Notes: generated from the letters alone by a model not told the origin. Positions 1 through 12,413 are shown, counted from the stretch's first letter. The stretch: DNA of 64,000 bases from Escherichia coli (GCF_044647545.1 NZ_CP172818.1), one strand, 5' to 3'. Numbers and translations: made by a program.

Positions 1-538
1 AAAAGTACGCATTATGGAAGGGCAACTGGTGTCGATGATTAATGAATTGCGCCAGGGAGAACTGGATTTCACCATCAATACCTATTATCAGGGACCCTAC
101 GACCACGAATTTACTTTTGAGAAATTACTGGAAAAGCAATTCGCGATCTTTTGCCGCCCGGGACATCCCGCCATTGGTGCCCGTTCGATCAAACAGTTAC
201 TGGACTACAGCTGGACAATGCCGACGCCACACGGCAGCTACTACAAACAGTTGAGTGAATTGCTTGACGATCAGGCGCAAACGCCACAGGTCGGCGTAGT
301 CTGCGAGACGTTCTCAGCCTGTATCAGTCTGGTGGCAAAAAGCGATTTTCTCAGCATACTACCTGAAGAAATGGGCTGCGATCCCTTGCACGGACAGGGG
401 CTGGTGATGTTGCCGGTTAGCGAAATTTTACCGAAAGCGGCCTATTATTTGATTCAGCGGCGTGATAGTCGCCAGACACCACTGACCGCGTCATTAATCA
501 CGCAATTCCGGCGAGAATGCGGCTATCTGCAAAGTTAA
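1..538 (+). CDS. abgR: LysR-family transcriptional regulator, C-terminal portion (5' end lies outside the window)
   Basis: ORF 14..538 continues in frame to the window edge; LysR effector-domain-like sequence; position upstream of smrA/dgcM as in K-12. Confidence 0.75.
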   Translation, partial: KVRIMEGQLVSMINELRQGELDFTINTYYQGPYDHEFTFEKLLEKQFAIFCRPGHPAIGARSIKQLLDYSWTMPTPHGSYYKQLSELLDDQAQTPQVGVVCETFSACISLVAKSDFLSILPEEMGCDPLHGQGLVMLPVSEILPKAAYYLIQRRDSRQTPLTASLITQFRRECGYLQS

Positions 539-867
539 AACTGCATAAAAAAATAGAGTCTGTCGACATCCGCCAGACTCTACAGTACACACAGCAGTGC
601 ATCCGCGTCTTAAATCCGGCATGGTCTCCTCTGCGCCGGTGACTGTGTTATAACGGTTTTAACCTTTAGTTGCCAATTTTCTTCAGTGACAGATTTCACG
701 AAAATATAAGTTACATTATTAATATCGTGAATGAATAATCATGCATAAGCATTTTGCTTAAAATATCGGCAACATTTGGAACTTATTACTGGAAATTTGG
801 GTAATACGTTGTTGGACCAGCCCGGTCTGGTTATCATATCGCGCTCTTAATTGCGGGAGGATGTAAC

Positions 868-1431
868 ATGAACCTTGACGACAAATCGCTGTTTCTTGAC
901 GCCATGGAAGATGTCCAGCCGCTGAAACGTGCTACAGATGTCCACTGGCATCCAACGCGTAACCAACGTGCGCCGCAGCGTATCGACACGCTGCAACTTG
1001 ATAATTTCCTCACCACTGGATTTCTCGACATCATCCCGCTAACTCAGCCGCTGGAGTTTCGGCGGGAAGGGTTGCAACATGGGGTGCTGGATAAGCTGCG
1101 CAGTGGTAAATACCCGCAACAGGCGAGCCTGAATCTTTTGCGCCAGCCGGTGGAAGAGTGCCGCAAAATGGTGTTCAGTTTCATTCAACAAGCCCTGGCG
1201 GATGGTTTGCGTAATGTGCTGATTATTCATGGTAAAGGGCGGGAAGATAAATCGCATGCCAATATTGTCCGCAGCTATGTGGCGCGCTGGTTGACCGAAT
1301 TTGATGATGTCCAGGCATATTGTACCGCGCTACCGCATCATGGCGGCAGCGGGGCGTGTTACGTCGCACTACGTAAAACGGCACAGGCAAAGCAAGAAAA
1401 CTGGGAGCGCCACGCTAAGCGCAGTCGTTGA
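868..1431 (+). CDS. smrA: Smr-domain DNA endonuclease
   Basis: 187-aa ORF, Smr-like C-terminal region (LIIHGKG...); matches recalled YdaL/SmrA. Confidence 0.85.
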   Translation: MNLDDKSLFLDAMEDVQPLKRATDVHWHPTRNQRAPQRIDTLQLDNFLTTGFLDIIPLTQPLEFRREGLQHGVLDKLRSGKYPQQASLNLLRQPVEECRKMVFSFIQQALADGLRNVLIIHGKGREDKSHANIVRSYVARWLTEFDDVQAYCTALPHHGGSGACYVALRKTAQAKQENWERHAKRSR

Positions 1432-1451
1432 TCTCGAGACGCATCCGCGGC

Positions 1452-2684
1452 TTATGCCGCCAGCACGCGGTTGCGTCCATCATTTTTCGCCCGATACAAA
1501 GCATCATCAACGCGTTTAAACAGCTCATCGATGCTTTCATTTCCTTCGTGATGCGCCACACCAATGCTGACGGTAAAGCGTGGTAAGCCCGAAATACTCA
1601 CTTTTGCCACGCTTACGCGGATAGTTTCAGCCAGCGAAAGCGCGGTATCCAGTGGGGTTCTTGGTAGCAATAAGACAAACTCTTCGCCTCCCCAACGAAA
1701 CACCAAATCGCCTTTGCGAGCGCAACTTTCGAGGGTGCGGGCGAGGGCGCATAACACCTCATCACCTTTAGAATGCCCATAGAGATCGTTAATGTGTTTA
1801 AAACGATCGGTGTCGATGAGCAATAAGCTGTAATCCTGAGCGATGGCGAGGTGCTGCATTTGGCCAGGCTCGGTAATGTGATAAAACTGTCGCCGATTCA
1901 GTAATCCGGTCATCGCGTCATGGTGGGCAGCATGTTCCAGCTGCTCCTCCAGCCGTTTTTGCTCAGTAATATCATGCACAATACATAACATGAGCTTGTC
2001 GCCATAAATTTCAATCGGCCCAGCATAGGTCTGCACATGACGAGTCGAACCATCCGCCAATTTATGAACAAAATTCAAAGGCTTATGGCCACCGGGTAAA
2101 TGCGAAATTTCATGCATGATAGGCATGACGCGTCGCCCGAGCATATTTATTTCCCAGGTATGTTTCTGGCACATCGTTTCATGGTTATAACCATAGAAAT
2201 TGAGCGCGGCGAGGTTAGCATCAACGATTTGGCCATCTCGTGAGGGGTCAATCAACAACATTGGTGCAGAGTTAGTCAGAAAAAAGCGCGCATAAAAACC
2301 TTGTTTTTTGCGCTGATAATTTGCCGAGCGACTGGCTTTTAAACCCAGCGTTGCCGGCGCTTCGATACCTTCGAAAATAATCACCGGTTCTGTTTCTGTC
2401 AGCTCTCGCAAAACAAGCCGACAGCTTAATGCTGTTTCCTCTTCTTTACGTTGAACGGTGAGGATTTCGATAATATCGTGTTGGTTTTGCAGATCGGAGA
2501 GGTATTTCGGCAGTTCTTTTTGTGAGGAGACGGAATAGGGACCGGTTCGTAGCTGACTAAACGTGAGGTCTTGCATCAACAGTCGCGCCGCGCTGTTGGC
2601 ATAAATTAACTGTTCCTCAAAGGGCGAAACGATCCAGACAGGACTGGTGAGTAAGTCCAGGGTATTGAAGTTGTGCGTAATCAT
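1452..2684 (-). CDS. dgcM: Diguanylate cyclase with PAS domains
   Basis: ORF 1452..2744; GGEEF motif (RWGGEEF) visible; likely start at internal ATG (MITHNF) giving ~410 aa. Confidence 0.85.
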   Translation of the reverse strand: MITHNFNTLDLLTSPVWIVSPFEEQLIYANSAARLLMQDLTFSQLRTGPYSVSSQKELPKYLSDLQNQHDIIEILTVQRKEEETALSCRLVLRELTETEPVIIFEGIEAPATLGLKASRSANYQRKKQGFYARFFLTNSAPMLLIDPSRDGQIVDANLAALNFYGYNHETMCQKHTWEINMLGRRVMPIMHEISHLPGGHKPLNFVHKLADGSTRHVQTYAGPIEIYGDKLMLCIVHDITEQKRLEEQLEHAAHHDAMTGLLNRRQFYHITEPGQMQHLAIAQDYSLLLIDTDRFKHINDLYGHSKGDEVLCALARTLESCARKGDLVFRWGGEEFVLLLPRTPLDTALSLAETIRVSVAKVSISGLPRFTVSIGVAHHEGNESIDELFKRVDDALYRAKNDGRNRVLAA

Positions 2685-2917
2685 TGAGATCCCGTTATTT
2701 TTATCAATTTTTGTTGCTATCCGATCGCAAAAAAGCCACGTCATATGATCAGATAATTCTGATAATGATAGACGCTATTTAACACTTCACACGGTTTGTA
2801 TACGGAAAAGCATTTTGCTTTTTGTATTCAATTTAGACAGAATTTTATTAATCATTTCAGGGTAATGGGGTGATGAGATGTTGCGTAACAGGGCCAGAAG
2901 GCTAGACTACAAAATAA

Positions 2918-3922
<1,005 letters not shown>

Positions 3923-4111
3923 CAAAAGCAATTTCTCCGGGATTCTGTATACAAAAACGCCGTAAAGTTTGAGCGAAGTCAATAAACTCCCTACCTATTC
4001 AGGGCAATATCTCTCTCGCAGGTGAATGCAACGTCAAGCGATGGGCGTTGCGCTCCATATTGTCTTACTTCCTTTTTTGAATTACTGCATAGCACAATTG
4101 ATTCGTACGAC

Positions 4112-4139
4112 GCCGACTTTGATGAGTCGGCTTTTTTTT
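4112..4139 (+). terminator. Rho-independent terminator-like hairpin with T-run
   Basis: gccgactttgatgagtcggc followed by tttttttt. Confidence 0.5.
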
Positions 4140-4196
4140 GCCTGTTATTTATCAGCGTCTACCCTTTAAGAGTCCACCCAATGACCGGAGGGAAAT

Positions 4197-4370
4197 ATGA
4201 CGACACTTATTTATTTGCAAATTCCTGTCCCTGAACCGATTCCTGGCGATCCTGTTCCAGTACCAGATCCGATCCCTCGCCCGCAACCCATGCCTGACCC
4301 ACCACCCGATGAAGAACCGATTAAATTGTCGCATCGTGAGCGTAGATCTGCGAGGATACGCGCCTGCTAA
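4197..4370 (+). CDS. Candidate small proline-rich protein (57 aa), below the ORF-track size cutoff
   Basis: ATG preceded by ggaggg; translation MTTLIYLQIPVPEPIPGDPVPVPDPIPRPQPMPDPPPDEEPIKLSHRERRSARIRAC; immediately upstream of dbpA. Confidence 0.35.
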   Translation: MTTLIYLQIPVPEPIPGDPVPVPDPIPRPQPMPDPPPDEEPIKLSHRERRSARIRAC

Positions 4371-4399
4371 CTTTGCGTCGATGACCACGAGAATAGATT

Positions 4400-5773
4400 G
4401 TGACCGCTTTTTCTACCCTGAATGTTTTGCCTCCCGCCCAACTCACGAACCTTAATGAGTTGGGTTATTTAACTATGACGCCGGTGCAGGCTGCCGCGCT
4501 TCCGGCGATCCTTGCCGGAAAAGATGTTCGCGTGCAGGCGAAAACCGGCAGCGGCAAAACGGCGGCTTTTGGCCTCGGCTTGTTACAGCAAATTGATGCG
4601 TCGCTATTTCAAACCCAGGCTTTAGTGCTGTGTCCTACGCGTGAACTGGCGGATCAGGTGGCAGGTGAATTGCGTCGGCTGGCGCGTTTTCTGCCAAATA
4701 CCAAAATTTTGACGTTGTGCGGTGGTCAACCGTTCGGTATGCAGCGTGATTCGTTGCAACATGCGCCGCATATTATCGTGGCAACGCCGGGCCGTTTGCT
4801 GGATCACTTGCAAAAAGGCACGGTATCACTGGATGCGCTGAATACTTTGGTGATGGATGAGGCCGACCGCATGCTGGATATGGGATTTAGCGATGCCATT
4901 GATGATGTCATCCGTTTTGCGCCTGCATCTCGACAGACGCTTCTGTTTTCGGCAACCTGGCCGGAAGCCATCGCCGCAATCAGCGGAAGAGTGCAGCGCG
5001 ATCCTTTAGCGATTGAAATTGACTCAACAGATGCTCTGCCACCTATTGAACAACAATTTTATGAGACATCCAGCAAAGGCAAAATTCCGTTGTTGCAACG
5101 GTTATTAAGTTTGCATCAGCCATCCTCTTGCGTGGTGTTTTGCAATACCAAAAAAGATTGCCAGGCTGTCTGCGACGCGCTGAATGAAGTAGAGCAAAGT
5201 GCATTGTCGTTACACGGCGATCTGGAGCAACGTGATCGCGATCAGACCCTGGTACGTTTTGCTAACGGTAGCGCCCGTGTACTGGTTGCGACTGATGTTG
5301 CTGCGCGTGGTCTGGATATTAAATCGCTTGAGCTGGTGGTGAACTTTGAGCTGGCGTGGGACCCTGAAGTTCATGTACATCGCATCGGCCGTACAGCGCG
5401 TGCAGGAAATAGCGGTCTGGCGATCAGTTTCTGTGCCCCGGAAGAAGCACAGCGGGCCAATATCATTTCTGACATGTTGCAGATAAAACTTAACTGGCAA
5501 ACGCCGCCAGTTAATAGTTCCATTGTGCCGCTGGAAGCAGAAATGGCAACGTTATGTATCGATGGCGGGAAAAAAGCCAAAATGCGCCCGGGTGATGTAT
5601 TAGGTGCGCTGACAGGAGACATCGGGCTTGATGGCGCAGATATTGGCAAAATCGCCGTGCATCCGGCGCATGTCTATGTCGCGGTGCGTCAGGCTGTTGC
5701 TCATAAAGCATGGAAACAGTTACAGGGCGGGAAGATTAAAGGAAAAACGTGCCGGGTGCGGTTATTAAAATAA
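4400..5773 (+). CDS. dbpA: DEAD-box ATP-dependent RNA helicase DbpA
   Basis: 457 aa; GTG start; Walker A AKTGSGKT, DEAD box (VMDEAD), SAT motif. Confidence 0.92.
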   Translation: MTAFSTLNVLPPAQLTNLNELGYLTMTPVQAAALPAILAGKDVRVQAKTGSGKTAAFGLGLLQQIDASLFQTQALVLCPTRELADQVAGELRRLARFLPNTKILTLCGGQPFGMQRDSLQHAPHIIVATPGRLLDHLQKGTVSLDALNTLVMDEADRMLDMGFSDAIDDVIRFAPASRQTLLFSATWPEAIAAISGRVQRDPLAIEIDSTDALPPIEQQFYETSSKGKIPLLQRLLSLHQPSSCVVFCNTKKDCQAVCDALNEVEQSALSLHGDLEQRDRDQTLVRFANGSARVLVATDVAARGLDIKSLELVVNFELAWDPEVHVHRIGRTARAGNSGLAISFCAPEEAQRANIISDMLQIKLNWQTPPVNSSIVPLEAEMATLCIDGGKKAKMRPGDVLGALTGDIGLDGADIGKIAVHPAHVYVAVRQAVAHKAWKQLQGGKIKGKTCRVRLLK

Positions 5774-5817
5774 TGAAATGTTGAATTGCCGGGTGCAAGA
5801 GTAAACATCTTATTCGG

Positions 5818-5895
5818 GATTGCCGGATGCGACGCTGGCCGCGTCTTCTCCGGCCTCCATAAGAGTAGCCCGATAAGCTTGCGCATCGGGCGCTA
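5818..5895. repeat. REP/BIME-like extragenic palindromic element
   Basis: gccggatgcgacgctggccgcgtcttctccggcc-type palindromes between convergent dbpA and ttcA. Confidence 0.45.
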
Positions 5896-5901
5896 TCCGG
5901 G

Positions 5902-6837
5902 TTATTTCACTTCAACCACATTCAGTCGTAACTCATCCAACTGATTTTCATCTTCTTCAGGCTGCCAACCCGCCGGTTGTAGAGGGATCTCTTCGCGATC
6001 AAACGCCAGATCACCCCCGTTAACCACTTCAGAACCGTGGGTAATGCCTTTGAAATCGAACAGGTTGGTATCGCACAGATGCGACGGCACCACATTCTGC
6101 ATCGCGCTGAACATCGTCTCGATACGCCCCGGATAACGTTTATCCCAGTCACGCAACATGTCAGCAATCACCTGACGTTGCAGGTTAGGCTGTGAACCGC
6201 ACAGGTTGCACGGAATAATCGGGAACGCTTTTGCATCGGCAAAGCGCTGAATATCTTTCTCGCGGCAGTAGGCCAGCGGACGAATAACGATATGTTTGCC
6301 ATCATCGCTCATCAGTTTCGGAGGCATACCTTTCATCTTGCCGCCGTAGAACATATTTAAGAACAACGTTTGCAGGATATCGTCACGATGGTGACCCAGC
6401 GCGATCTTCGTCGCTCCCAGTTCCGTTGCGGTACGGTAAAGAATTCCGCGACGAAGACGAGAACACAGTGAGCAAGTGGTTTTGCCCTCCGGAATCTTCT
6501 CTTTCACGATACCGTAAGTGTTCTCTTCCACAATCTTGTACTCAACGCCCAGTTTTTCAAGATACTCGGGCAGAACGTGTTCCGGGAAGCCCGGTTGTTT
6601 TTGATCGAGGTTGACAGCCACCAGCGAAAAATTGATTGGCGCGCTTTGCTGCAAATTGCGCAGAATCTCCAGCATGGTATAGCTGTCTTTACCCCCTGAG
6701 AGGCAAACCATGATGCGATCGCCTTCTTCAATCATATTGAAGTCAGCAATGGCTTCGCCCACATTACGACGCAGACGTTTTTGTAATTTGTTCAGGTTGT
6801 ATTGTTCTTTCTTACTAATTTCTTGATTTTCTTGCAT
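5902..6837 (-). CDS. ttcA: tRNA 2-thiocytidine biosynthesis protein TtcA (5' end formed by the prophage junction)
   Basis: 311 aa; PP-loop SGGKDS and CxxC motifs; first ~16 codons lie in the att repeat. Confidence 0.9.
   Translation of the reverse strand: MQENQEISKKEQYNLNKLQKRLRRNVGEAIADFNMIEEGDRIMVCLSGGKDSYTMLEILRNLQQSAPINFSLVAVNLDQKQPGFPEHVLPEYLEKLGVEYKIVEENTYGIVKEKIPEGKTTCSLCSRLRRGILYRTATELGATKIALGHHRDDILQTLFLNMFYGGKMKGMPPKLMSDDGKHIVIRPLAYCREKDIQRFADAKAFPIIPCNLCGSQPNLQRQVIADMLRDWDKRYPGRIETMFSAMQNVVPSHLCDTNLFDFKGITHGSEVVNGGDLAFDREEIPLQPAGWQPEEDENQLDELRLNVVEVK
6788..6830. repeat. Prophage attachment-site core repeat, integrase-proximal copy
   Basis: 43-bp exact direct repeat ttgttcaggttgtattgttctttcttactaatttcttgatttt, also at 29887..29929. 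Confidence 0.75.
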
Positions 6838-6888
6838 TATTTCAGTTCTCTGGTACTAAATGGGGCAAATTGGGGGCAAACTTTGCAA

Positions 6889-8119
6889 CTACGATAACCG
6901 CGCATTCAACATGGCTATCTGTTCGTCGTTCATGTCATCAATCCACATACCGTAAATTTCATACACCATCTGCGCAGTTTCATGCCCCATTTGGCTGGCT
7001 ATAAATGCCGGGTTCGCTCCTGCCGTCAACAGCCAGCAGGCAAAAGTATGCCGCGTATGGTACGGATTACGGCGGCGAATACCAGCACGTTTTACTGCTG
7101 CATTCCACCTTGCCCCCAAACTGCTTACCGAGTAATAAGGTTTTTGTTTTCCGTTACACACCCTGGGCATGAAAACAAAATGCAGTTTTTGCTTTTCGGT
7201 TCTGCATACTGCCGATAATAAAAGGTGACGACTTTTGCGATGATGCCCGGTCAGTTTGTATTGCTCCTTCAGTGCTTCAAGAGCAGGCTGCAGTAGTGTT
7301 ACTGTTCGGATCCCGGCATTTGTTTTTGGGGGACCGAACATATCGAGCCCTCGTCAGGTTTCTTCTGACATTCACTATTCCCTTTTCGAGATCCACATCC
7401 TCCCACGCCAGAGCTGCCAGTTCCCCGTGACGAAGTCCTGAGTAAACGGCAAAGTTCCACAAGTTCTCGCTATCTCCTTTTTCACTTTCCATTAATGCAT
7501 TGAATTCTGTTTTAGATAACGGATCAGGCTTTATTCTGTTCGCTGTAATTTTTTTACTCCTTCAAATGGTTTGGTTGATATAAATCCGACTGATACGCAA
7601 AACGCAACAGCGAACAGAGCAAGGCAATATCGTATCAACTGTGCGCACGGTTCTTCCTTTTTTGTTGGATCTTGGATTATCCAGGTAAAGCGTTTCTCCA
7701 TGCAGCAGTTCATTCCGGTAGTTTAAGATATCGCTATAACGAATATGTGATATCGGGGTACTTTCACAAATTATTATTCTGAGTGTTTTTAATTGTGATT
7801 TCGTTTTCTTCATTGTGTTTGTTGTTAACTCTGTCTCTTTAATTTTTGTCCAGATATCACAAAGCTCTCCGAACGTTTTTATGACTCTCGTTGTCACCAT
7901 TTTTGCCCCAGTGCTGGACTGGGGAAAACGTCTTAAATACTCAAATTCACCGGAGTTTATTTCATGAACTATCAGCGCTCTTAAATTTCCGGCCTTTTTA
8001 ATATTACTGTTTGTAATCTCCCAGCCTTTTAATGTTTCCCGACATCGTTTTCCTCGAAACATGAACCAGATGCGAATGTATCTACCTCTAATCTCGACAC
8101 CTGTTGGTAATTTAGACAT
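6889..8119 (-). pseudogene. intR: Tyrosine integrase, frame-disrupted in this sequence
   Basis: Integrase-like translation split over ORFs 6889..7341, 7277..7492, 7531..7713 and 7562..8119 in different frames. Confidence 0.75.
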
Positions 8120-8120
8120 A

Positions 8121-8336
8121 TCATGAGTCTTTGATAAACTGATTTATCTTTGGATAGTTGTACCAGATAATCCCTCGTTTGCTGTCTGGCTTACCTAAAG
8201 GAGATACTCGTTTGAAGTGGAAGCCCTCCACCCAACAGTTCTGGCGGTATGCTTCAATTTGTCTGGCCCCCAGACCAGTGCGAAGCATCAGGCCGTATTC
8301 AACCATCCACTCTTCATTAAAGATTACTTGTGCCAT
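8121..8336 (-). CDS. xisR: Excisionase-like protein
   Basis: 71-aa ORF ([10 protein letters not shown]...) immediately upstream of integrase, overlapping arrangement. Confidence 0.8.
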   Translation of the reverse strand: MAQVIFNEEWMVEYGLMLRTGLGARQIEAYRQNCWVEGFHFKRVSPLGKPDSKRGIIWYNYPKINQFIKDS

Positions 8337-8414
8337 CGCATCACCTCTGGCAGGCGCCAATGTTAGACTGAAATTGACGCCCGATGTTGATTATTAATAA
8401 TCAGCTATGAAGTT

Positions 8415-8624
8415 TTAATTTGAATACAATGCAATTCTCGAGGACTGAAGTTTCTCGCAATTAAAATTTATCAGTTTTACTTTCTGCTCTCTGGAAACGC
8501 CTGCTTCTTTTTTACCTGAGAGCATTTTTTCGCATTCTGATTTCGTTAGTTTAGATTTTGAATATCTTGTCCAGTTAGTAGGAGTGCCACCTTCCTTTTC
8601 AATAGTGGCGGTAATTTTATACAT
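8415..8624 (-). CDS. ydaC: Rac prophage small protein YdaC
   Basis: ORF 8415..8696; likely start at internal ATG (MYKITATIEKEGG). Confidence 0.65.
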   Translation of the reverse strand: MYKITATIEKEGGTPTNWTRYSKSKLTKSECEKMLSGKKEAGVSREQKVKLINFNCEKLQSSRIALYSN

Positions 8625-8811
8625 GAACACCTCCATTATTATTTCCAGTGGTTCGTTTATTCCATCTTTCGAGTGCTTCTTTTTCACTTCCACCATAACC
8701 GGTTCGGGATTCGCATCCGTTACACTTCGCTCGGTAATATCCTGAAATGGCTTTCACCGTTACTGATGGACAACCACAAAATGGACATGGTTTAACATTG
8801 TCATATCTCAT
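8617..8811 (-). CDS. ralR: Restriction alleviation protein / type I toxin RalR
   Basis: 64-aa Cys-rich product (MRYDNVKPCPFCGCPS...CNGCES) within ORF 8617..8850. Confidence 0.85.
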   Translation of the reverse strand: MRYDNVKPCPFCGCPSVTVKAISGYYRAKCNGCESRTGYGGSEKEALERWNKRTTGNNNGGVHV

Positions 8812-8867
8812 AATTTTTCTCATAAAAAATATTTCAAGTTGGCGGTGCATTACACCGCCAGGCTGAA

Positions 8868-9677
8868 TTATTCCTCTGAATTATCGATTACACTGTATTC
8901 CCCGGTTAATACAGAGGAATCTGCAGGATCGATTGTCAGTGGTTCCTTTTCATCCATTGATACTGCACGCTGGATCTCAATTGATACGGGCAAATATTTG
9001 AACAGGCGACGAATAGCCGTTTTCTTTGCCATTTCTTCCCAGTGAGTTACCCACGGCCCGTTATTACCAGCTTTACTCAGGCTGCGCACCAGCTCAATCT
9101 GTTTGCGCGTCATAACTTCAAACTGAGTACCTCCGTCTTTCAGTCTTGCGACAGCATAGACGTGGGTAACCGGGGCATCTTCGTTTTCTCCCGGGCGGTG
9201 TATTAACTTTTCATCAAGGCCAAATTCGAAGCTAAACTCGTCACCTTCACGGACAACACGGGCTGACAGGCTGGCGATTTGACCAGAACGGCGAGCCAGA
9301 TCAATCATGCCGCGATAGCCAATGATTAGCTGAACGTTCTTTTTACCGCTCTTTTCGTTTTTATTACCAAAAGGCAGTAAATATGCATGACCGAGGGCGC
9401 TACCTGGCTCAAGTCCGAGCTGTGAACACTGTACGATCGCACTGACAAAACTCATAGTGTCACAGTTTCCTAACGCCGGAACTTTACGAATTTCTGTGGT
9501 GGCGATACGGATCATACGTTCAGCCGTCATATGGCGTGGAAGAGCTGCTGCCAGTTGCTCTTTCATTGATGGCTGGTTAATAAAACTAATCACGTCGCTA
9601 TTTTTAACTGCTGCTGGTGCACGGTTTCCCTGAGTTTTTTGCAGATCGGCTTTTGCGATTGGTGGTTGCTTAGTCAT
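8868..9677 (-). CDS. recT: Recombinase RecT (single-strand annealing protein)
   Basis: ORF 8868..9734; recalled RecT N-terminus [12 protein letters not shown] at internal ATG. Confidence 0.9.
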   Translation of the reverse strand: MTKQPPIAKADLQKTQGNRAPAAVKNSDVISFINQPSMKEQLAAALPRHMTAERMIRIATTEIRKVPALGNCDTMSFVSAIVQCSQLGLEPGSALGHAYLLPFGNKNEKSGKKNVQLIIGYRGMIDLARRSGQIASLSARVVREGDEFSFEFGLDEKLIHRPGENEDAPVTHVYAVARLKDGGTQFEVMTRKQIELVRSLSKAGNNGPWVTHWEEMAKKTAIRRLFKYLPVSIEIQRAVSMDEKEPLTIDPADSSVLTGEYSVIDNSEE

Positions 9678-12312
9678 TTGCATATTCCTTAGCCCAGCGG
9701 GGCAGTGATAATGTCTTAATAGCTGGCCATTCATCGGTATTCAGGCAGTCAGACAGGGTTCGCAGATTGCGGTGATATTCCTGTTGACCTGCCAGTTTTG
9801 CTTCTTCGCCCATCATGAAAATTTCAACCGGATAACGTCCGCATTCAATAGTTGTGCTGGCAACCAGAAAAACGAAAGTTGGCTGCACTCCAAACTGTGC
9901 TTCATAACCGTCACTGTAGAATGCATCCTGAACGTGATAGCGGTAGTCGTAATAAGCGGTTTTGAATCGTTGAATATCCGCCGTAGTTTTCACGTCCATG
10001 ATCCAGTGAAATTCAGGGATAATTTTGTCCGGACGGCACCGACACAAAATTCCTGTTTCAGGATCTTCCCAGTAAATTGATGATTCAGCGTGTCCGGCGC
10101 TTTCAACAAGCCATTGCCCCAGCGGCAAAGCCATAACGCTTTGATACATGAGTTCAATTTTCCGGCCTTCTTCCGCAGTGATAACCGTTTTTCCTGTGCT
10201 TGCGCATTCCATCAGAAACGCTTTCTCTTCTTCTTTTCCGGCGTTTGTACGGCGGTTAAATTCAGGTGCTACGATAAAGCGGTTACTGAATTCTTCCGGT
10301 TCAAGTACCCGGCAGTGGAAAGCAGTTCCTAAATCGAGCGTTTTTGTCTTTGTGGTGTCCACGGGGGCATTTTTACGCCACAAATATAGTGCCGGAGTAT
10401 CAGCAATGTCATCGAGCTGAGACTTACTGATACCGGGACCCGCGTGGTAATTCTCATTCGAAATTCCGTAATAAATACCTGGCTCTATGTCTTCTACGAT
10501 TAAGGGATCTGACGCCTCGCCAGTTTCACTATCGCTGGCATGATGCTGATTGCTGCCAGTGTTCTCCTTGTGCTGATGCGCAGTGCCTTCCATTTCCTCC
10601 AGATCATTTTTCTGAACTTCAGGCTGATTCTCTCCATCGAATATTTCCTGGTATGTTGCGTCACCCATCACCGCACCACAATCAGGGCAGTTGCCGCCAC
10701 CGCTCTGACCGCAGGCGGTGCAGATCTTTTCCGGTTCCTGTTGCACTACTGGTTCAGGTTGTTTCGTTTCTGGCTCGTTTTGTTGCGTATTTGGGCTGTT
10801 TTGTTCCGCTTTCTGGTCGTTCTGTTCCGTTTCTTGCTGGTTCTGGTTCACAGAATCGCGGGTCTGGATCCCCTTAATCCATTTCGGATCATTCGGGTCG
10901 CTAATCCCTTCAACAAATTCACCACGTGATACTGCAAGCAGTTCATCGTCATCGACAGGATTTTTTGATGGAATGTTTTTCCGGGCTTCATGGAGTTCTG
11001 CCCGCAGTTCCTGATATTTCGCATCAACAGAATTTACCTGTGACTGAGCATCCAGCGGCTGCGTGTCCTGATGATGTTCAGTTGCGTCCGGTTCCATTGT
11101 TTCAGCCTCTCCCTGTTCAACTGCCGTTGTTCCAGATGGTTGCGGTTTTTCTTCATCATCCTGTTTTCCTTCTTCTGTTACTCGCTGCGGCATCGGGGCA
11201 GAGGAGCGACCGCAGGCAATATCCACGATTTCCGGATCAGGGTTGGCATGATCGGTTTCAGTCAGTACTTTGTTCAGATATTCAGTGACGTGCGCGGGGA
11301 TGACCTCGATCCCAATTGGTGCTTCTTTTACGGACGCAACCACGATGGCGCGGGAATAATCCAGCCCGCCAGGCATGGTGATGAATTTGTCGCGGAAAAC
11401 AGAAAAGGGCGGTTTATTTTCAGCGATAATTTCCTCAATGCGTTTAGCGTGTGCCGGATGAAGGTTATAGATGTCCAGATCCATTGAACGGGCCAGTACG
11501 CCAGTGGCTACGTCGCGCGCCAGTGACGTCAGATCGTGTACGAAACCTTCGCCGCGATCGGTGAGGTTTCCGCCGCCAGCATTAGCACCGGAAGCCGTGC
11601 GAGTGATGTGTGAAACACGATTACCCTTCATCCACTCTTTTGTCAGCAGTCCTCGATCGGTGTAGTCAGCGTTCAGGTATGCTTCGAAAAAAGCAGTTAT
11701 CAGTCCCAGGTTTGAATTACCAGGATTAGGGAAAACTTTGTCAGTGTCACGAACCAGTTTGTGGAGTTCGCGAATTTCCAGCGGGTCGAGCAGGCTGGTT
11801 TTGTGGGAAACAGCCAGGGCAGTAACAGCCGGTAGTTCTTCAGCCCGAGCAATGTGTAATGCCTGGAGTCCGTCGCGTGAAACGTGCGTTACCGGTTTTT
11901 CGCTGCCGTGTTGAGCAAGCCAACGAATGGGCAGTTCCTGGCCAGAAATTGGGAGTAGCATATTCTCCTCAATCTCAGTCATGTCTTCGCCGTTGACGTT
12001 GGTATTGCCTTGATAGTGAGCGTTGTCTGGTGCTGCTCCCGGTTTTAGTTCCCATGTCATGGAGTCTTTGCTGAGTTGATAGCGTTCACTCCAGGTAAAA
12101 TCGATCTCACCTTCAGCGGGCAGGTCATTAACGACAGGAAAATTCGTGGCAACAGCTTTAAAATAGCTGCTCAGTTTTTTACCTGACTTAACGATCAGGT
12201 AGTCCAGAGTGGCACAGGTCGATTCAAAATCGTTGCTTGCCCACAGGACGACGTCAGGTTCACCGGATGATTTTTTCGCTTTCCGTAACAGGAAGAGTGG
12301 TTTTGTGCTCAT
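9670..12312 (-). CDS. recE: Exonuclease VIII RecE
   Basis: 880-aa ORF ending ...[11 protein letters not shown]; low-complexity acidic/Gln-rich middle region; overlaps recT start. Confidence 0.9.
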   Translation of the reverse strand: MSTKPLFLLRKAKKSSGEPDVVLWASNDFESTCATLDYLIVKSGKKLSSYFKAVATNFPVVNDLPAEGEIDFTWSERYQLSKDSMTWELKPGAAPDNAHYQGNTNVNGEDMTEIEENMLLPISGQELPIRWLAQHGSEKPVTHVSRDGLQALHIARAEELPAVTALAVSHKTSLLDPLEIRELHKLVRDTDKVFPNPGNSNLGLITAFFEAYLNADYTDRGLLTKEWMKGNRVSHITRTASGANAGGGNLTDRGEGFVHDLTSLARDVATGVLARSMDLDIYNLHPAHAKRIEEIIAENKPPFSVFRDKFITMPGGLDYSRAIVVASVKEAPIGIEVIPAHVTEYLNKVLTETDHANPDPEIVDIACGRSSAPMPQRVTEEGKQDDEEKPQPSGTTAVEQGEAETMEPDATEHHQDTQPLDAQSQVNSVDAKYQELRAELHEARKNIPSKNPVDDDELLAVSRGEFVEGISDPNDPKWIKGIQTRDSVNQNQQETEQNDQKAEQNSPNTQQNEPETKQPEPVVQQEPEKICTACGQSGGGNCPDCGAVMGDATYQEIFDGENQPEVQKNDLEEMEGTAHQHKENTGSNQHHASDSETGEASDPLIVEDIEPGIYYGISNENYHAGPGISKSQLDDIADTPALYLWRKNAPVDTTKTKTLDLGTAFHCRVLEPEEFSNRFIVAPEFNRRTNAGKEEEKAFLMECASTGKTVITAEEGRKIELMYQSVMALPLGQWLVESAGHAESSIYWEDPETGILCRCRPDKIIPEFHWIMDVKTTADIQRFKTAYYDYRYHVQDAFYSDGYEAQFGVQPTFVFLVASTTIECGRYPVEIFMMGEEAKLAGQQEYHRNLRTLSDCLNTDEWPAIKTLSLPRWAKEYAND

Positions 12313-12413
12313 TGTTTTTTAACCTCAACTCAGATTAAAATTCGTTTTGTTCAGTGAATGATCTTGCCGGATACACACTGTTCATAGCCTGCGCCATACG
12401 CAGGCTATTTCTT

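Noticed and set aside
4022-4234. 70-aa plus-strand ORF between zntB and dbpA
   Set aside because: It spans a terminator hairpin and has no Shine-Dalgarno; the adjacent proline-rich ORF at 4197..4370 has better signals. An sRNA at 3930..4139 cannot be excluded.
9772-11665. Several plus-strand ORFs of 64-138 aa inside recE
   Set aside because: They are antisense to a long, well-supported exonuclease VIII ORF and have low-complexity, Phe/Leu/Arg-biased translations with no ribosome-binding sites.
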